DNA from: Octopus vulgaris
Taxonomy: Eukaryota
NCBI GenBank assembly: GCA_951406725.2
Contig: OX597826.1
Span: 58,714,001 to 58,778,000, forward strand
Direction: 5' to 3'
Length of the DNA: 64,000 bases
Shown here: one piece after another, positions 40,058 through 55,221 of the stretch
Numbering within the stretch: the stretch's first letter is position 1
Layout of the letters: every line of letters begins with the position of its first letter
Notes under the pieces: model-generated
Database searches by the model: none
Seen by the model: only the letters and a program-made list of their open reading frames with translations
What the model was told of the DNA's origin: nothing
Translations under genes and position numbers: made by a program

Positions 40058-41715
40058 CAGCCATGTCGATTAATAATGTTGATATTGAAATATTAAAGGA
40101 AGCTTAAAGCAGACTGTATTGTCATAAATGTGTTGGAACTGAATATAGTGAATGAACGGATGGACGAATGAGTGAAAGTGAGAACGAGTGCTAAAATGTG
40201 TCAATGGTTGAAAAACTGAAAGAAACTATGAATGAATATATGGACGAATGAGTGAATGAATTATCGTATGAGAGATGGAATGAATGAATGAAAGAATGGA
40301 AAAGAAAAGTGCAAAAAACAATGAATGAATGAGTCCATGTGTTTAACAAGACAAAGACATGACCAAATTACCGAAAAAGTTAACGAATATATAAGTAAAT
40401 GAATAAATGTAGGAATGAGTGAATGAATTGTTGAATGAATTAAGAGATAAATTAATGATGAATGAGTAAAATAAGAGATAAATAGATACATTACAAAGCG
40501 TTTGGGTCACTAAAAGAGAACCATGGGAATAAATCTATTACTCAAGGTGGAAACGACTGTATTTGAACTCAGTACGCATGTACCCTGGACAAATATCGCA
40601 AGCCATCAAGTCCGATGTTCTTAAGATTCCAACCAGGGGCGGGATAACCCTAAAAGTGGCGAAATTTCATTAATACAGGCAGGAATGATACTTCGATCGC
40701 TGCAATAAAATGTCCACCGCCCTTTCATGCTTCGAATAAATACGAAGCTTGATTTGCTCAAAAACGTTATCAATCTTTCACACCAATAGTTCTGTATATA
40801 TTACTTAACTAGAATTTCCACCGACTGCAAATGCTTCCTTATTCAAGTACAAGGCTAACAATTTTGAAATGAGCGCCATGTCGATACTATTAACACCAGT
40901 ACTTTATTTTATCGACCCTTAAAGAAGAAAAGCAAAGCTGACCGCGGTAGGAACTGAACTCGGAATACCGATTGTCAGAACAATCGGCACTCTGAGTTGT
41001 TTAGTTATGTCCCTTTGTTGTTTTATTTTGAAATCTTCCAAGAACAAAAGTCGTTTTATTAATACATCCTCTGAAGTTGATAATTGAGAGAATGAGTGAT
41101 TGAATTAATGAATAAATTATGAACTGAGTTGAAACTAAATTCATCTGAGTTGAAACCGTGACCTACGTGAGAAGCTGGCTAGATCTTTTTACCCGGTTAA
41201 CGCCCTCCATTAGAACCTCGGTTTCTTTTAGCGGATTCCGATCTGTTCCAACTGTCCAGAACATGTCTACATTTTGGGGATAACTCCGTCACTCTTTCCC
41301 AGTCAGATCTTCAGAGGAAATATGAAACGTCCAAATACAGCAGTATAAAAATAACTGATTTTATCAGTTACATGAAATCCTTAATCTGTGTTTATCTCTG
41401 ATTTCTGTGGAGCTCAGCAAGTGAAAGATAAGACATCTGGTAAGACGAAAATCGAAACTAGTTAAATTTCTGTCCCAGCAGATAAAATAGAACTTAGCGC
41501 CGCAACACAAGTCATTTGGCATTAGTTTTATACTATTGACAGGTATGAATTTCCCCTCAATTCTCAACCCTTTTATATTGATTTCAAATTTTGGGACAAG
41601 GGCAGCGGGGACGGGGTAAGTTGATTACATCAACCCTATTTTTCAACTGGTACTTATTTTATCAACCCCGAAACGATGAAAGGCAACTGCTACTTATTTT
41701 ATCGGCCCCAAATCA

Positions 41716-42345
41716 TCAATCCATACGTCCGTCCGTCCGTCCATCCATCCGTCCATCCGTCCATCCATTCATCATCCATCCATCCATCCGTTCGTCCGTC
41801 CGTCCATTCATTCACCTGTCTGTCTGTCCATCCACCCGTCCATCCGTCCGTCCGTCCGTCCGTCCACCCATCCATCCGTCCATCCGTCCATCCATCCATC
41901 CGTCCATCCGTCCGTCCGTCCGTCCATCCGTCCATCCATTCACCATCCACCCATCCAACTGTCCATCCATCCATCCATCCATCCACCTATCCATCCATCC
42001 GTCCGTCCCTCCAACCATCCATCATCCATCCATCTACCCATCCATCCATCCATCCATCCATCCATCCATCCATCCATCAATTCATCCACCTATCCATCCA
42101 CCTGTCTGTCTGTCCATCCACCTGTCTATCTGTCCATCCACCCGTCCGTCCGTCCGTCCGTCTGTCCATCCATCCATCCATCCATCCATCCACCTATCCA
42201 TCCACCTGTCTGTCTGTCCATCCGTCCGTCCGTCCGTTCGACCGTCCGTCCGTCCGTCCGTTCGACCGTCCGTCCGTCCGTTCGACCGTCCGTCCGTCCA
42301 ACCATCCATCCATCCATCCGTCCATCCGTCCATCCACGTATCCAA
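41716..42345. repeat. Compound (CCAT)n/(CCGT)n tetranucleotide satellite
   Basis: Directly visible. Confidence 0.95.
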
Positions 42346-42722
42346 TCTATTCAAGGTAGCTTTCACTAAAAAATAAACTAGAGTAAGGTGTAATTTGACT
42401 GCTATATTTTGCAGACACAGTGACCAAGTAGAGGTTTCTATCTTTACAGTAGATTTAGTTACATCACATAAACTTTTTTCTTTCAAACATTTCTAAAAAC
42501 TTTGAAAGGAAACACTAAATTCCTGACTGTTTTCTTCCATTTTATGTTTTGCTTCCATCTTTTTTTTTCTTGTACAGGGGACGGTGGGGAGATAATTTTC
42601 TTTCTTATTCTTCTTATCTTATTGTTCGCACAAAAACATAAACACACACACACACACATACACACACAGGCTTGTTTTCATTATTGTCAACATATTTATT
42701 GTCGACGCTGACGATGACGATA

Positions 42723-42775
<53 letters not shown>

Positions 42776-42934
42776 GATGATGATGATGTTTTTAATATTA
42801 TCATTACAGTTTCTGGTTTTGTTATAAATTTTCGAATTAGTCACGTTCTCGGAAGTAAAATTGCTACAAAATCTTAATTAACTGTCTGTGGCGATGGTCA
42901 TAGTATTTTCGATCGGTTTATGTCATGTTCTATA

Positions 42935-43436
<502 letters not shown>

Positions 43437-44011
43437 TTTTCTCGTTATTTCCTTATATTTGTAACTACACACTGAACTGAATATACGATGGGAGCTAGAC
43501 TGGGGGAAGATGGGGTGAAAGGGGGCAGAGAGGGAAAGACAGCGAATGGTAAAAGAAAGAGGGAGATGTTATTACAAATTAATGTATATCATTCTTAGAC
43601 ATATATACATATATACATGCATACATACAAATATATATATATATATTTGCGTTTGTGGGTGTGGATGTGTACTACGCATACTCGACTTTTACAAGGAAAA
43701 TGTTGAGAGTAACTTCAAAGTTTTATGTATGTCTACTTTACTAAACAATATTGAGTAATCTTTTAGTTTCGTGACAAATTATTTTTATATACAACGCAAC
43801 ATAACAACAAACATTATATATATAGGCGCAGGAGTGACTGTGTGGTAAGTAGCTTGCTTACCATATAATATCCCAGAAATAGCTGTAAGACTAACTTTCT
43901 CCTTATAAATGTCCTGGAAACTCCACACAGCCTTGGCTTTGTTGTCTCATTTTATTTAACACACACACACACACTCACACACACATATATGTATATGTGT
44001 ATATGTATGTA

Positions 44012-45272
44012 TAAGTTGAGGAATAATTCATGATTGTCTTTTTTTCAAATTTAAAAATGCACGCAGGAATAAAACGTATTGGTAAAATGTTTTATGTTAT
44101 TTAAAGATAATTGTTTGCTCTACAAGATAGTGTGTTTTGATTTTAAAATTTCATTGATTTTTCTGTATTTTGTGATCATTAAAATGGAATGTCAAGTGAA
44201 CAAGACTGAACATTTTCGACACCATTTGCCTTTTGCATTTACTCGAGGTGTTGAAGCCGCCAAAGCTGCCTGTGAGATTTCTGCTGTGTATAGAGAAGGA
44301 GCAATGCCGCAAAGTATCAGCCGCCGTTGGTATTCTTGCTTCAAAATGAGGTATTTTGATCTCAAGGACGGATCACACACCGGTCAATCAATTGAGTTCG
44401 TTGAAGAGCGATTGAATCAACCTCTTCACGAAAATCCACATCAATTGACCAGAGAACTGGCGTAGCAGATGGATTGTGATAAAAAACCTGCGGTGAACCT
44501 CCTTCACTCAAAAACAAGGTTCAGACACTCTTGGGTGCCACACACCTTGAGTAAAAACAATGAAAATCAATGATCTACAATCGGCGCCAGTTTGCTTGCT
44601 CGACATCGCTCAACACATGGTTAAAAACAGCGTCTTCTTTGCCGCATTGTCACTGGCGACGAAAAATGGTGCCTTTACGTCAATATGAAGTACCGAAAAG
44701 AATGGCTCAGCCCCGAAAAATAAGCGACTCCGCAAACAAAATAAGACCTTCATCCTCGAAAGACCATGTTATGTGTATATTGGGATTGGGAAGGCATAAT
44801 TCATTACGAATTGCTTGAGCGTAACCAAACACTTAATGCGGAGCTCTAGGTTCAACAACTGCACCGACTCAACGAAGCAATTCCACAAAATAGAACGAAT
44901 AGGTGAAATGGCGTCCTTCTGCAACACGACAACGCCCGTCCTCACATCGCCAAGATTCAAGAACTCGAATGGGAAGTGTTGTCTCATCTTGCATACTTTC
45001 CAGATTTGGCGCTGTTAGATTTTCATCTCTTTCGACTGCTTTCGAACTTTTTGCGCGGTGTGTCGTTCAATAATGACGTAGAATTGAGTGTTTGGTTGGA
45101 CGAATTCTTTGAGTCAAGACCGGGAGAATTCTATCGCCGATGAATCGAAAATCTTATTGAAAAATGGGAGTAAGTTGTTGAACAACAACGGAGAGTATAC
45201 TATTTATTAATTTGTTGCAGGTTTTTGTTTAAAATAAATTTGAAAAAACGTTCATGAAATATTCCTCAACCC
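44012..45272 (+). mobile_element. Near full-length inactive mariner transposon
   Basis: TIRs GTTGAGGAATAATTCATGA / TCATGAAATATTCCTCAAC, length about 1.26 kb. Confidence 0.95.
44184..45208 (+). pseudogene. Mariner (DD34D-type) transposase pseudogene
   Basis: MECQVNKTEHFRH...WVPHTL...RIVTGDEKW...MLCVYWDWEGIIHYELL...LLQHDNARPH...YFPDLALLDFHLF, with several stops and frameshifts. Confidence 0.93.
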
Positions 45273-45873
45273 AATATATATATATATATATGAATTTGTA
45301 TCTGTCGGTATATACATATATATATATGTTTTTGTGTTTGTGTACGTATGTATGTGTGTATGTATGTATATATGCATGTCTATTGGTATGTATACACAAG
45401 AATTTGAGCGTGCATATTTCTATATCAGTGTGTTAGACTATTTACGTTTGTATATGTAAATCTATGTACGCCTGTATTATAACCTATCTATTGAAGTATA
45501 TTAATTATTGCCTCCCCTATATTACTACAAATTACATCAGCTTATTTAACAATAGATAAATAAATAAATAATATATATGAAATGTCTCTATATTTAATTA
45601 TATATAAGTTTTTAATGTAACCCCTTCCTTTTTTACTCGTATAGTATTTATTTCTAAATCATCTTAAAAATACATATCAAGCTGTGCCTAGATAATTAAT
45701 TGCAGCATGTAACACTTATATTTGTCAATGAATATTAGACCCATTATTTACAATAAATATTTAAATTATAAATTTTATAAACCAGAAATTATTCTTTAAT
45801 ACAATTACGAACCAACAATTTTTCTAAAAATGTCTTAAGTCGAAAGGAGAATCGACGGTTAAGTAAGATCAAA

Positions 45874-45938
<65 letters not shown>

Positions 45939-46610
45939 AATACAGCGTACAGTGTTTTTATTTTTCATTCCTTTCGAAATTTTATCCCTAATAGTGGTTT
46001 GGACTTTAACTGTTCTATCTAACGTGCAAAGAGTCCTATGATGGATGCCTGTTATGTGTTTAAATGTACAGTGTATTTATAGGAATAATATATAGTCTAT
46101 TGACTAAATTTTTAAACACTAGGCTTCTGGTAATGGAAATATTTCTGATTACACTTTGATATTATTAATTATTTATCTATATATGTATATATTATGCATA
46201 TAAATACAGTGTACATTTAAACATTTAACAGGCATGTAAATATATGTAAACATGTAATTATGTTTGTATGTATGTATATATGTTCGCATATATGTTTGTA
46301 TGTATGTTCGCATATATGTAATTGATGTATGTATGTATGTATGTATGTATGTATGTATGTATGTATGTATGTATGTATGTATGTATGTACGTATGTATGT
46401 ATGTACGTATGTATGTATGTATGTATCTTTGTGGATAGGCAAATGTATATATGCATGTGCGTCTGCATAGGTAAGAAGTTTTCTTCCAATGCAGTGTTCA
46501 GGGTTCAGTCTCACTTCTTAGCAACTCGAACAACTATCTTTCACTATAGCACCGGGCTGTCCAATGCCTTTTGAATGAATTTGGAAGACCGGAACTGAAA
46601 GACACCTGTC

Positions 46611-46660
<50 letters not shown>

Positions 46661-47324
46661 GCTTCTGTGCGCTTCTGTATGTGTGTATATGAGTGCCTAT
46701 GCGTCTGTGAGAGCGTGTGTGTGTGTGAGAGAGAGTGCATATACGTGCGTGAGTGCATCTGTGCGTGTGTGTGCGCCTTTGTACTGGATAATCGCTTCAC
46801 AATGGATTTTGTTGTGTTGAGGTCCCCGTATGTAAACGTTAGTTGTTTCGATTCCTTCGCCTATAATTCTTCCATGCATACCTCCGCAGGGCCGGAGTCT
46901 AATGACTGAAATGAATAACAGATAAATGATGAAGATATCTCCCTAGATTTATGTTAGGTTTGCCAATACACACTGTGTTGCGCATAAATGTTCATTAATT
47001 ATTTAATCACAGCGTTGTAAAATATATGATGTGCAATGCAATCAAGAGCCATTACAACTAAATTCTAGATTGTATTTGATTTAAGTAGTTATTTGGTATT
47101 AACTCTCTTCATGAACATATCAATGAAATGTAGGCTTCCTCTTCTAAGAATTCAACGATCTCAGAAAGAATTCATTGAAGTCTCATTTATTTTTTCCGTG
47201 TACAAAAAAAATGTCCAAATGTATTTTCATTGCTTAAAGGTAGAGAGAGGAGAGCTTTAAAACAGCATTTTAAAATATTTACAATTTATTTAGTTTTCCT
47301 AATATGTTGGTGTATATTTATTAC

Positions 47325-47987
47325 TTCCCAACCACATAGCTTCGAGTTCAGTCCCACTATGTGGCAACTTGGGCAAGTGTTTCTACGATCACCTTACCCC
47401 AACCAAAGCCTTGTGAGTGGATTTGGTACACTGGAACTGAAAGCAGCACGTCGTATATATATAAATTCCAGTTAAATTCCAGTTAACGGCTAAACACTAC
47501 GATCAATATTTAACGTTTGTGACTACAATTTGTTCCTAGTCACTTGGTGAATTCTTCCAATGGGTAATTCCATGTACGCTTCGCAGGACGATAAAGATTG
47601 ACTGGAGTATATATTATCAATAGTAATAATTTATATAACTAAAGATGGTGAAGGAACAAGCAGGTGTATTAATTTAACGCTCGAGAAGAATGTATGTGTG
47701 TCTGTGTGTGTGTGTGTGGTGTGTGTGTGTGTGGTGTGTGTGTGTGTGTGGTGTGTGTGTGTGGTGTGTGTGTATGTCTTTGTGTCTGTATTTCCCCCCA
47801 TCACAGATTGACAACCGGTGTTGATGTCTTTACGTCTCTGTAACATAGCGGTTTTACAAAAGGGTTCGATGGAATGAGTATTAAGCTTAAAAAGAAGTCC
47901 TGATGTCTATTTGGTCGAATAAAAAAACCATCTAAGGTGGCGCTCCAGAATGGGCGCAGCCAGTTGACTGAAAGAAGTAAAAGAGCC
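47325..47987 (+). mobile_element. SINE family B split by unrelated sequence
   Basis: 5' half at 47325-47460 and 3' half at 47770-47987. Confidence 0.7.
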
Positions 47988-48191
47988 ATTTAATCACGCA
48001 TCTGATAAACACTCGGTATGCAAATTAGATTAACAATTATATCTTAGTCCTTTTTGTGTTTGATTTAAATAGCGATCTACTATAAATTGTTTGGTAAGTA
48101 GGACACTTGTTCTTTAATTAGTGGTTAACGGACGTGAAACAGGCCAAGATATTCCGTGTTCAATTTCTCTGTACACATGCATACACTTGTT

Positions 48192-48257
<66 letters not shown>

Positions 48258-48302
48258 GGTCCCGGGTTGAGTCGGGGTTAACCACAGAAGCTCCTTCTAT
48301 AA

Positions 48303-48361
<59 letters not shown>

Positions 48362-48381
48362 TGTATGTTTGTATACAGGTA

Positions 48382-48418
<37 letters not shown>

Positions 48419-48695
48419 TGTATATTTGTATACAGGTAGTGTGTATGTATATATATATATATATATATAATATTTAGTCACACATTTGTATATAGGCGCA
48501 TGTCTGTGAGTGTCAGAAAATTGTTAATTTATGAATAAGAGTTCTCTCAATCTTAGAGGTAAGTAATCATGTCATGTAAGTACACACACACATATTAGCC
48601 ATAAAACTAATAATAAACATTTTATACGTGTTATATGTTACAACTAAACATATACCACACAGTCATCTATGAATGCATGCATATGTACATATATT

Positions 48696-48727
<32 letters not shown>

Positions 48728-49379
48728 TGTATGTATGTATGTATGTATGTATGTATGTATGTATGTATGTATCTATCTATCTATCTATCTATGTATCTAT
48801 GTATCTATGTATATATACATATACATATATGTGTGTGTATTCATGTATAAATATCTACCTATATATATATATACATATATACATAAAAGATTTAGGAGAC
48901 TTCAACGTCTCTAGTGACTAGAAACTAATTACTCCTATATATTATTCAGCGATGAATATTAGCCTATATTTGATTAAACTTCATTTTTATGTTTTCTACA
49001 TGTAAGAAGAAAGAATAAGAAGACGTAGAAACTTGTCGCTCAGAAATATTTAACAGGTTACCATTGATAACAATCAGTTAATAATGAAAACCTACAGTAT
49101 ATACCTGACGGCATCGAAAACAGACATTTGTGAGAAACACAACGTTCATATATAGTATTATATATTCTCATTCGGTGCACTTTACGTTTTTAACCTGGTA
49201 GTTTCATATATGATCATAATACGCGGCATTTTGTATACGGGCAAGGAGAGGGGTCTTCTGCTAGAGAGAGTTGCATTGCACAATAAGGGTCGAGTGCAAT
49301 TGTGCCATTTGTGTACACTGAAACAATGCGTACATATATATTATATCTATATATATTGTTTCAAATTTGTGTGAATGAG

Positions 49380-49424
<45 letters not shown>

Positions 49425-49564
49425 GTTTTTATTTTATTAAATCTGCTTTAATAAAAAAGTATATTACTCTACCTTCGGTATTCGGGTACTATTTATATAT
49501 AGTCCCCCCTCTCTCTCTCTCTCCGTATATATATATATATAATCAAGAGATGAAATCCAGAGAT

Positions 49565-49960
49565 ACTCTTTCACTTGTTTCAGTCATTTGACTACGGCCA
49601 TACTGGAGTACCGTCTTTAGTCGAGCAAATCGACTCCAGGACTTATTCTTTGGAAGCCTAGTACTTATTCTATCGGCATCTTTTGCCGAACCACTAAGTT
49701 ACGGGGAAGTAAACACACCACCATGGGTTATCAATCGATGCTGGGGGTACAAACACACACACATAAACATATACACACACATACATATATATATTTATAC
49801 ATATATACGACGAGCTTCTTTCAGTTTCCATCTACCAAATCCACTCACAAGGCTTTGTTCGGCCCGAGGCTATATTAGAAGACACTTGCCCAAGGTGCCA
49901 CGCAGTGGGAATGAACCCGAAACCATGTGGTTGGTAAGCAATCTACTTATCAGACAGCCT
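49565..49960 (-). mobile_element. SINE family B
   Basis: Reverse complement of 9853-10274. Confidence 0.9.
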
Positions 49961-50111
49961 TAGAAATCACTTGGTGGCGCTCAGTTGATTTGAACCTAAA
50001 CTATAAATTTTTGCCGAAGACTAAGTCCCTGGGGTAAACAATGGCTATAAGAGTAATCCGTTAGCAGATATGGAGATAAAGTTCCAAATAAACGAATAAA
50101 ACAGCTTGGAC

Positions 50112-50155
<44 letters not shown>

Positions 50156-50158
<3 letters not shown>

Positions 50159-50355
50159 AAAATTTACGCAAAAAACAAAAGACGAAGACAGGTGGTGTAC
50201 AAAACAAACAGATGTATTAGTATAACGCTCAGGAATAGAAAAAGTATTTTACGTTTCGAGCCTACGCTCTTCTACAGAAAGGTACACAGAAAAAACAAGG
50301 AGAGAAACAAGGAGAGAAAAAAATGTGTGTAGTGGCTAACGATCTATCATGGCGA
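50156..50355 (-). mobile_element. Penelope-like pLTR fragment in (TA)n with hammerhead-like motif
   Basis: Related copies at 60500-60685 and 47640-47690. Motif at 50246-50281. Confidence 0.6.
50246..50281 (-). ncRNA. Candidate minimal hammerhead ribozyme, A6U core variant
   Basis: Minus strand reads UUU-CUGUAGA-A-GAGC(GUAG)GCUC-GAAA-CG-U-A-AAA. Confidence 0.5.
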
Positions 50356-51127
50356 CATATATATGATATATACATGTTAATAGAGAGAAAATAAAGATTG
50401 AAAATATTCAGAGAATTAACATTCATCTATAATATTAATATTAAATATATATTTACAGAGCATTATAACGACAAATATAAGGGAAGAAGGTATAGTACTA
50501 CAGGTATGAGAACTATTTCTTGGGGCTCGGAATTACGTCATAATTTTGGCATGTGTGGTTCGCAAAATGTTATGGATATGCAACAAATTGTGGAAGCGCT
50601 TTTCTCCATCTGTAGGACCTATAATACCATGCCTACTCCTCCTAATCTCTTGTGGCTTTGTAATCAGTGGAAGTCTGCTTTGTTAGAGAGAGAAAGAGAG
50701 AGGGAGAGAGAGATGCAAATAGATAAATAAAACCACTTGGTAGAGATATATAAAATGCACACACATATATACATATAGAATGCTGGTCAATGGCTTAGCG
50801 GTAAGGGTATTCGGCTCATGGTCGTAAGATCGTGAGTTCGAAAACCGGCTGTTACTAAAGTTAATTCATACTCCGAAGAGATGTAAGACAAAGTTGACCT
50901 TTGGCAGGATTTAAACTCCGAACGTAAACAAACGGAAGAAATGCTGCCGAGCAACTTGTTCCACTTGCTGGTATGAGATTAAATGCCTTATTGTATTTAA
51001 GCACGAGACCTCTTCTCTCAGAGTTCAATGATCACTAAAGCCGATTCATATATATTTTTTGTCGCTTACGAAATCATCACAATACCTAATCATCTCTTCA
51101 TACTTCCTCATATCATTACTTTAAACA

Positions 51128-51184
<57 letters not shown>

Positions 51185-51879
51185 CTGTACATATATACGC
51201 AAAACCACCAGATGCATCGGTTTGGGTTCACCAAGTAAAAAAAAAGAAAATGTTTATCCGTGGTGGTATTTTGATGGTATTTCTTTTATTTTGTTTAATG
51301 TATGCACTAGCTCGCATATTATGTGACATTTTTCAGTGGTGCAGAGTTGACATCACTATTTCGTTTGTAGCTTTTTTTCAACAAATGCCTAAGTAGCCAG
51401 TATCGAAATGCTTTTCTGTATGTATACATACCATGACAATCAATAGACCAGTTTTTCTCTTTTCCTCGTTCATAACGTTTGCCACATGGACATAAAAATG
51501 GCGTAAGAACCATTCCTTTCATTTGTACATAACTTCTTTGATTATAATGCACCGTTTAGGAGATTGCTGCCCTTATCAAGAAATTGCTTATGGAATTCAG
51601 CATATTGACATGATTGGCCCTTCAGAGATTGCTCATTATAATGCTACCAACATTCTTCTAGCGGCTAGAGTTAACGCTAATGATGTTATTGCTAATTAAA
51701 TTATTGAATATATGATTAGTAGAGAACTATCTGCTGTTTAAAGCTAAGCTAGTTCTAGCTCCAGTGTTGTACGTACGACGCAACCTTACACTAGGATCGT
51801 CTGATTTTCTAGTAACCTTCACCAGCTACTCAAGTTTATATCTCCCTTATGCTCACACACGAACGAATATATACATGAA

Positions 51880-51916
<37 letters not shown>

Positions 51917-51994
51917 CAATCATAATCAGCTTATATATAGTACAGTACTTTCACATGTATATCTTCATATGTGTGCATGTGTGTATATATATAT

Positions 51995-52025
<31 letters not shown>

Positions 52026-52083
52026 GCGTAAACACTTGCATAAATACATATATACATATACATATATATATGTATATATATAC

Positions 52084-52115
<32 letters not shown>

Positions 52116-52629
52116 ATATATATGTATATGTATGTATGTATATATATGTGTGTGTGTGAATGTATGTATATATATATATGTGTGTGTGTGTGTGTATGTA
52201 TGTATATATAAATATATATATATATGTATATATGTTTGTGTGTGTATGTATGTATGTATGCATTGAAACGCTTCGAGAAAAATATGACAAAAACATTGAT
52301 ATTGAAATATTTTCCATTCAACGAAGAACTACAAGTTAACAAACCGCAGAACGTATTTAAACAATCAATATAATATAGCAATTTTCACTTAAATGTAATA
52401 AATAGGAGTTCTGTCATTATCATGCTTTATCATGGACACTCAAGTATAATACTTTACTCGTCGATCATGCATTTCCAGTAAGGGACAAAACCAAGCTATC
52501 TCAGTATGTATAGTAACGCCATTCTTTGGAAAATTCTATCGAAAATAAACCATGGAAACATAGGCATGAAATAAAAGAAAGAACGGGATGCTATTCAGTT
52601 CTGTACAAGTGAAATAAAATAGAAACGTA

Positions 52630-52888
52630 ACCGGGATCTACATTACCGTAGGGGATCCACATGGCACTTAAGGTTCCATATAAAGTGTTATTGGAATTTA
52701 TGTTTATCAAATTGGTTATAATTCTACAATCCACAAAGTATTTTAATAATTTTTTATACAATTTCTAAAAATATTTAATTATAAAAATATAATAGGAATA
52801 CTTTAAACATGGAATGGTGTTTGAAGGTTCACTTTAGAAAAATTGGAACCAAGGGGTTCCATGGGTAAAATATGGTTGGGTACCACTG
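52630..52888. mobile_element. Probable hAT-type MITE remnant
   Basis: Right end GGTTGGGTACCACTG resembles a CAGTGGTTCCCAACC-type TIR, with subterminal GGG(G)TCCA motifs. The left TIR was not found. Confidence 0.45.
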
Positions 52889-53472
52889 CTATATGTAATC
52901 ACTAAAGCATTATAAATATGATGGTAGTGAATTTATAATTTACTACATCAATCGCACGAAGTCATCTAGTTTGGTTAAAAAGACAAAATGGCGGAAGTAA
53001 TGCCCCATTGTCATTACTACAGACGGAGGTTGTGTTCTAGAAGGTCTCAAAGGGGTGATTCAAGTTAGAAATGCTATTGTCGTAAATAAACATACAGGAA
53101 AGAAATAAGGAGATATATATTGTTAAAAAAATTATTGTCATTGAAAGCTTTTCTTCTTTTATTTTCCGAGTATAATATATTCTCCGAAAAAAAACATATT
53201 ACTTGAAAAGTGACACAGAGAGAGAGGGGGGAAGAAGGAAAGAGAGTGTTAGAACGAAGATACATATCATATATATATAATATATATTTTAGTGTTTTAT
53301 ATATGTGTATGTGTTTATGTGTATCTATGTGTGTGCATGAATGAATGAATGTATGTATGTATGTATGTAAGCAAGTATGTGTGTATATAGGGCTGTATAT
53401 AGTACATGCATAAAAATATACATTTATTATATACATTCACATACATAATACAAACACACTCACACACACAAG

Positions 53473-53712
<240 letters not shown>

Positions 53713-53714
53713 AA

Positions 53715-53872
53715 AATGAGCTCCTTTCACTTTCCGTCTACCAAATCCACTCATAAGGATTTTGGCCTGCCCGATGCTATAGTAGAAGACACTTGTCCGA
53801 GGTGCAACGCAGTGGGACTGAACCCAAGACCATGGGATTGAGAAGCAAGCTTCTTACTACACAGCCACACCT
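53715..53872 (-). mobile_element. SINE family B, 5' half
   Basis: Aligns to 9860-10010. Confidence 0.8.
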
Positions 53873-53909
53873 ACCAAAATTTTGGATTTTCTTCCCACCC
53901 TTCTGTTCC

Positions 53910-53969
<60 letters not shown>

Positions 53970-54614
53970 CACGCTCATATCAATACTGTCATACAATAGA
54001 CACACACGCGCGCGCACACACACACTCACACACACTCACACGTATGTATGCATGCGTATATATATAACACTGAACATATATTTCCTATGGGCTTTTAACT
54101 GTCCGAATCGATGGTTTTTCAAGTATCTTGTCAAATATGCTCTGTTTTGTTTGAAGTACAATTCCAATTCTAAAAGTTGTCTAAGTTTGATTGATTTAAA
54201 AAAAATACACCCTCCACTTCAAATGGGTATGTGGAAATATGAGGAATATATATCTAGCTAATAAACAAATACGCATACACCTGTCCTCTCTTGTTGGCCT
54301 GTGTTTTTTTATCATGTTCCTCCTCTAATTCCTGCACTTTCCATTTCCCTCACCAGTACTCTGACTTCCTCGTTCTACATATGATTCTCTTCTGAAGCGA
54401 GATGAAAACACTACATAGAAAATTTATCCCAAAGTCTGAAAAAAATCTTATTTTTATTTGTATAGAATAAATCTATAGTTTAATTAAAACACACACATAC
54501 ACACATGCGCACACATGCATACATACACTATATGTACAAACACATACACATATACGTAACTCCTACTAAATTGAGTGCCTTTCGTTTGTTTACTCACACG
54601 TACATATGTAAGAG

Positions 54615-54843
54615 AGAAGAAGAAGAAGAAGAAGAAGAAGAAGAAGAAGAAGGAGGAGGAGGAGGAGGAGGAGAAGAAGAAGAAGGATGAGAAGAAGAAG
54701 AAGAAGAAGAAGAAGAAGAAGAAGAAGAAGAAGAAGAAGAAGAAGAAGAAGAAGAAGAAGAAGAAGAAGAAGAAGAAGAAGAAGAAGAAGAAGAAGAAGA
54801 AGAAGAAGAAGAAGAAGAAGAAGAAGAAGAAGAAGAAGAAGAA
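54615..54843. repeat. (GAA)n/(GGA)n polypurine tract
   Basis: Directly visible. Confidence 0.95.
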
Positions 54844-55221
54844 TACTGCAAAATTAACTGAATAAAAAGACAAAATAAATTGTGGAGGAATAAATCTAAA
54901 ACAGCAAAAGTATTGGAGACAAGCATTACCGATATAGAAGAATAACAAGCCTCAAAGACCTGAAACTTTCCCAAAATATCTTTGGAGTTTCTAGATACGG
55001 TAATCCTTGCTTGCTATACCTCAACGAAAGAAACCTTCGAAGATGACAAAAAGGATTCCACAGACTCATTCGACACACGGCTGCATTCCACTTGTACATA
55101 AGTACATACCTACCTACCTACCTACCTACCTACCTACCTACCTACCTACCTACCTACCTACATACCTACCTACCTACCTATCTACCTACTTACCTACCTT
55201 CTACATACATATATATATAAA

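Noticed and set aside
41591-42486. PSIH/MDGW repeat ORFs
   Set aside because: Tetranucleotide satellite artefacts
50459-50503. 45-nt AG...GTATGA candidate micro-exon
   Set aside because: No polypyrimidine tract and no other evidence. Expected by chance.
52984-52998. YY1/ETS-like CAAAATGGCGGAAGT promoter signature
   Set aside because: Isolated in AT-rich DNA, followed only by a short ORF
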